DNA of 28,456 bases. Origin: a virus. Lineage: Duplodnaviria > Caudoviricetes. Shown here in pieces: positions 24,861 through 28,456 of this stretch (the first letter of the stretch is position 1; each line of letters opens with the position of its first letter). The stretch is from positions 1-28,456 of the IMG/VR virus record IMGVR_UViG_3300005524_000111; one strand, written 5' to 3'. The notes beneath the pieces were generated by a model. The model had not been told where the DNA came from. It made no database searches and was given only the letters and a program-made list of their open reading frames with translations. The position numbers were made by a program, and so were the translations under genes.

Positions 24861-27800
24861 CAGAACCTTACCCCCGCTCCAGATCTCAGCGCGAACTTGC
24901 TCGCGATCGCCTTGGTGGTCTTGCCGCCGGCGGTAATCTGGCCCGCCATGATCTCGTCGATGATGAAGGCGATCTGCCTTCCTTGCGGCGTCTGCATTAC
25001 CTGACCGCTCACGTTCGCGCTCGAGACGTTGTTGGTGATACTGACGTGCACGTCGCCGCCGCCGATCGCGCTGTTTGGCAGCACGGTGCCGGCGCTGTCC
25101 GGAACGAAGAGCTCGGGACCTTTCTCGCCGACGAGCGCAATCTGCCCGGGCGTGGGCCGCCCGCCAGAGGCGAAGCCGGGATATGACCCGTCGGCCGGTC
25201 CTGGGAATCCAGCGTAATAGTCGCCTCCGGAGCGCTGGTTCATCCACCCGCCGTACGGCGTACCGTAATTGATCTGCGATGCATAGTCCGAGCCGTCAGC
25301 CGGAGACCAGGGAAGCGAGACGGGCACGCTGCCGCCCTGTCCGAAGGGCGTCGCCGGCAGCGAATTGTCGCCGTAATAGGTGACGCCGTTCCAGCCGCTA
25401 CCAGCAGGCGGCGCAGAGTTCGGCGTGCTGAATGGCGTGTACGAATTGAACGGCTGCCACTCCGCCGGCGGAGGCGATTCCGGCAGATATGGCGAGCCGA
25501 TCATCGGCGGAAAGACCGGCATTCCCTGGCCGAAGCCGGGAGGCGGCGCATATCCGCCGAAGCTGTAGGTCTGATACGGTATCGCCGAGTTGGGTCCGAG
25601 GACATCCTTGACGAAGACGCCGGGCATGCCGTAGACGGGAATCGGCTGCGATTGGCTGCCGCCGCCGGGTCCTCCGGCACTGAACTGGCTTAGATCGTAG
25701 GGATAGCCGCCGCCCAGGGCGGCCCCTTGCAGGCTCGGAAGAGTTGGCGCGCTGCCGGCCCAGCTCGTGAGCCCGGGCGTCGACGGGCCGACGCCGCCGA
25801 AGAGATCCTGCCCGTTGAAGTCAGTCCAGGGCATGCCGTAACTGATGCCGTTGAAAATTTCCCCGGCCAGTGGCGGCCCGAAGCCACCGCCGCCGGTGGG
25901 CAGGCCGCCACTGGGTCCGGGGTAGCCGGCCGGTGGAACGCCCGCCGGCATACTCGGGAAGCTCTGAGGGCTGGCGCCGCTGCCGCAGCAGAGACCGTTC
26001 ACGCCGCCGGTGAAGTTCACCGGGCCGCTGTATGTGATGTTGCCGAAGTATTCCGCGTTGCCGTTGAAGTAGGCGTCCTTCTCGATCATCAGGTCGCCGT
26101 CGACAAACATCGGGCCCTTAAGCGTGCCAGCGAGATCGATCGGGCCGTTAAAGTAAGACGTTCCTGAGTATGTGACATTGCCGGTCGATGTGACCGGGCC
26201 GCCCAGGTTCATCGGGTTCGTGTTTCCGATCGGCTGGAATCCTGCGCCGCCAGGGCGGCCTGCAGCCGGAACGGACAGCGGGCCCAGGAAGCCCCTCTGG
26301 CCGCCTCCTTGACCACCGCCCGAGAACGGCCACCCCGACGGCTGCCCGAAGCCGCCGCCGTAGCCCTGCCCAGCGCCTTGCGGGATCCGCGGGCCGAGCA
26401 GGTACTTGAACGGCATCTGCAGCAAGCTGGATATTCCCTGCTGCAGCGGTTTTTCGATCAGGTTCTTCTCAAAGATGCCCAGCACGTCTTTCGCCAGCCC
26501 CTTCATGGCGTCCTTAAAGTTGCCGCCCTTCTGGATTACCTTGTCGAATGCGTTCGTGAAGGCGCCGGCGATCTGGTCCGCGGTCTGCTTGACCTGCTGC
26601 ATGGCCGGGTCCGCCTGCAGCCACGCCTGCCTGTACTGCTCGACGGTGAGAAGCCCCTTCTGGAACAGATCGTTCAGCTCCTGCTGCTTTCCCGCCCACT
26701 CCGAGGTCTTGTCCTTCAGCCCGTTTATGACATCTTGCGCCTTCTTCTGATCGTCAAGCTGCTGCTGCGCCGCGGACTGTTGCTGGCTGTAATATTCCAG
26801 CATTTGCTCCTCGTCCGGGAGGAGCTGGTCGCGGTATAGCGGGTCCTGGTCGCTCAGTCCCTTATTGATCTCCTTCAAGTAGTCGAAGCGCATCTTCGCC
26901 AGGTCCGCTCCTTGCTTGTCGCCCTGGGCGATCAGCTGGCCGATCTGCGCTTGCTGCTCGAGCTGGCGCGTCTGCGCCTGGAGGTTGTCGAGATAGCTCT
27001 TCGATCGGCTGAGCTGATCTAGCTGCTGCCCCTGCCCGACTTTGCTTATGATGGCGCCAGCCTGCTCATCCGTCAGGTTCGGGTTCTCTCGCCGCGCCTT
27101 GTCCAGGGCCTGTTGAACCTCGAGCTGCGACTTCGTTAGCGTCAGCTGCTCTTGCTTCTTCTGGTTCTCCTCGTCGAGCTGCTTCAGGTACTTGTCCGTC
27201 GCGTCGCGCTGCTTCTTGAGGTTCTCCTCCGCGGTCTTCAGGTCATTCGTCTGCTTCGTCTGCGCCGCAAGCACCGCGGTCAGGTCGAGGATTTTCTCCT
27301 TCTGCGCAGCCGTGAGGTTTATCCCATCGCTCTGCAGCTTCGATATCGTCTGAAGGCCCGGGATCTCGTCCTCTCGCCCCTGCCTTATGAGCGTCTGCTT
27401 CTGCTTCTCGAGATCAATCTCTCTCTGAAGGCGGTTTATTTCGTCGTTGACCTTGATCGTCGCCTTCAGCTTCTCTTGCTGCGCGATCAGGTCCTTCAGT
27501 GATTGGATGAGCCCGGGGTATTTTTTGGTGAGGGCATCGACGCTCTCGCCGGTCTGCTGCTCGAGCTGCTGCTCCGCCTGGAGAAGCGGGATCCGGTCCT
27601 TGTGCCCCTGCGCCTCGAGCTGCAGGACGGTCATCGAGTCCTTGAGTTTGTCGAGGTACTTCTGGATCTTGTCCGCGGCCTTGTCCGCCGCCTGTCCGTC
27701 CTGATCGGCAATCGCGCCGAACGACCCGCCGGACGACATCGCGGCCTTGGCCTGCTTCGCCTGCTCCTGGAGCTGCTGCGTTATCTGCGCCGCGCGCGCC

Positions 27801-28456
27801 ATGATCTCCTTGCCGGCGGCATCCATGCCAGACGTCACCTTCTCGACGAAGCCGGTCGACATCGACTCGCTGAACGCCTGCGTCGCGGCTGCGAACGCGT
27901 GGCCGACGTCGTGAGTCTGCCAGAAGGTCGACAGGAACGCGCCCAGTCCCGAGAAAGCCGAGATGACCAAGTTCACGTCATTGAGGACGGCATCGAGCCA
28001 GGTCGCGAGCAGCTCTTTCCCCAGTGAGACGAAGTCCGGGAGATTCTTGCCGAAGAACCCGCCTATTGACTCGGCCATCGCCTGGACATAAGGCACGACG
28101 GCCGCGGTGACCTGCTCGAAGACTGACTGGATCTCCTCCCAGGTCGCCTGGACGATCGAGCCGAGCGTCGCCTGCTGGCCGCCGACGTCGACCATCGTGT
28201 CCTTGAACATGACGAGCGCGCCCACAGCCACCGCGATGCCGGCAGCGACCCAGGCAGGAGGGCCGCCGGCGGCGAACGCGGCGAAGGCAGCCGTTGCGGA
28301 GCCGGCGATCTGCTCGAAGATGCGCGGCATCTGGGCGGCCGCCAGGACCGCGCTCGCCGCGGCGATCCCGAGCAGGCCGTCCGAGACCTCCTTGGCGTGC
28401 GTCCGGACGAAGTCGAAAGCGCCAGAGAGCCCCTCGAGCGCGCCTCGGATGCCGTC
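24860..28456 (-). CDS. Tail tape measure protein (5' partial; frame open to the window edge)
   Basis: Ala-rich amphipathic region, long Q/K/E coiled coil, C-terminal FASGG..PGQIALVGEKGPELFVP..AG.VLPN motif. No stop codon in the 42 codons between 28331 and 28456. Confidence 0.93.
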   Translation of the reverse strand, partial: DGIRGALEGLSGAFDFVRTHAKEVSDGLLGIAAASAVLAAAQMPRIFEQIAGSATAAFAAFAAGGPPAWVAAGIAVAVGALVMFKDTMVDVGGQQATLGSIVQATWEEIQSVFEQVTAAVVPYVQAMAESIGGFFGKNLPDFVSLGKELLATWLDAVLNDVNLVISAFSGLGAFLSTFWQTHDVGHAFAAATQAFSESMSTGFVEKVTSGMDAAGKEIMARAAQITQQLQEQAKQAKAAMSSGGSFGAIADQDGQAADKAADKIQKYLDKLKDSMTVLQLEAQGHKDRIPLLQAEQQLEQQTGESVDALTKKYPGLIQSLKDLIAQQEKLKATIKVNDEINRLQREIDLEKQKQTLIRQGREDEIPGLQTISKLQSDGINLTAAQKEKILDLTAVLAAQTKQTNDLKTAEENLKKQRDATDKYLKQLDEENQKKQEQLTLTKSQLEVQQALDKARRENPNLTDEQAGAIISKVGQGQQLDQLSRSKSYLDNLQAQTRQLEQQAQIGQLIAQGDKQGADLAKMRFDYLKEINKGLSDQDPLYRDQLLPDEEQMLEYYSQQQSAAQQQLDDQKKAQDVINGLKDKTSEWAGKQQELNDLFQKGLLTVEQYRQAWLQADPAMQQVKQTADQIAGAFTNAFDKVIQKGGNFKDAMKGLAKDVLGIFEKNLIEKPLQQGISSLLQMPFKYLLGPRIPQGAGQGYGGGFGQPSGWPFSGGGQGGGQRGFLGPLSVPAAGRPGGAGFQPIGNTNPMNLGGPVTSTGNVTYSGTSYFNGPIDLAGTLKGPMFVDGDLMIEKDAYFNGNAEYFGNITYSGPVNFTGGVNGLCCGSGASPQSFPSMPAGVPPAGYPGPSGGLPTGGGGFGPPLAGEIFNGISYGMPWTDFNGQDLFGGVGPSTPGLTSWAGSAPTLPSLQGAALGGGYPYDLSQFSAGGPGGGSQSQPIPVYGMPGVFVKDVLGPNSAIPYQTYSFGGYAPPPGFGQGMPVFPPMIGSPYLPESPPPAEWQPFNSYTPFSTPNSAPPAGSGWNGVTYYGDNSLPATPFGQGGSVPVSLPWSPADGSDYASQINYGTPYGGWMNQRSGGDYYAGFPGPADGSYPGFASGGRPTPGQIALVGEKGPELFVPDSAGTVLPNSAIGGGDVHVSITNNVSSANVSGQVMQTPQGRQIAFIIDEIMAGQITAGGKTTKAIASKFALRSGAGVRF

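Larger units (their letters stand above)
4069..28456. mobile_element. Prophage (long non-contractile tail type), left part; continues past the window
   Basis: Abrupt switch from housekeeping genes to phage early genes (HNH, Sak4-like, RusA, DnaB) and late genes (lysozyme, gpJ, DUF1833, tape measure) at a broken tRNA. The left boundary is inferred from the tRNA fragment. Confidence 0.92.

Overview
The window has two parts. Bases 1-~4070 are GC-rich host chromosome: a REP-like repeat, a lipoprotein, an HtrA/DegP protease, dppB/dppC-type ABC permeases and tRNA-Cys. From ~4069 to beyond the right edge is a siphovirus-type prophage. The prophage appears to have broken a host tRNA gene just after its D-arm (orphan 5' fragment at 4043-4068) and carries a complete, sequence-divergent tRNA-Val(GAC) 44 nt downstream, still under the host promoter. 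Next come an HTH regulator, a sigma70-type promoter with a ~300-nt highly structured leader, and a ~11-kb + strand early operon (HNH nuclease, Sak4-like ATPase, 22x nonapeptide-repeat protein, NTase-like protein, RusA, XRE HTH, DnaB with a variant Walker A, RHH, many small ORFs). This operon converges at ~16237 on the - strand late operon (tape measure, distal tail, DUF1833, TipJ/gpJ, tail fibre, two signal-peptide proteins, lysis cassette). The most striking feature is in the lysis cassette. The gene in the holin position, directly upstream of a soluble GH24 endolysin, encodes an intact response-regulator receiver domain fused to a two-helix holin-like membrane segment. It is a candidate phosphorylation-gated holin that would tie lysis timing to host two-component signalling. 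Integrase, head and packaging genes are not in the window. All family assignments come from motif recognition by eye; no database searches were run.
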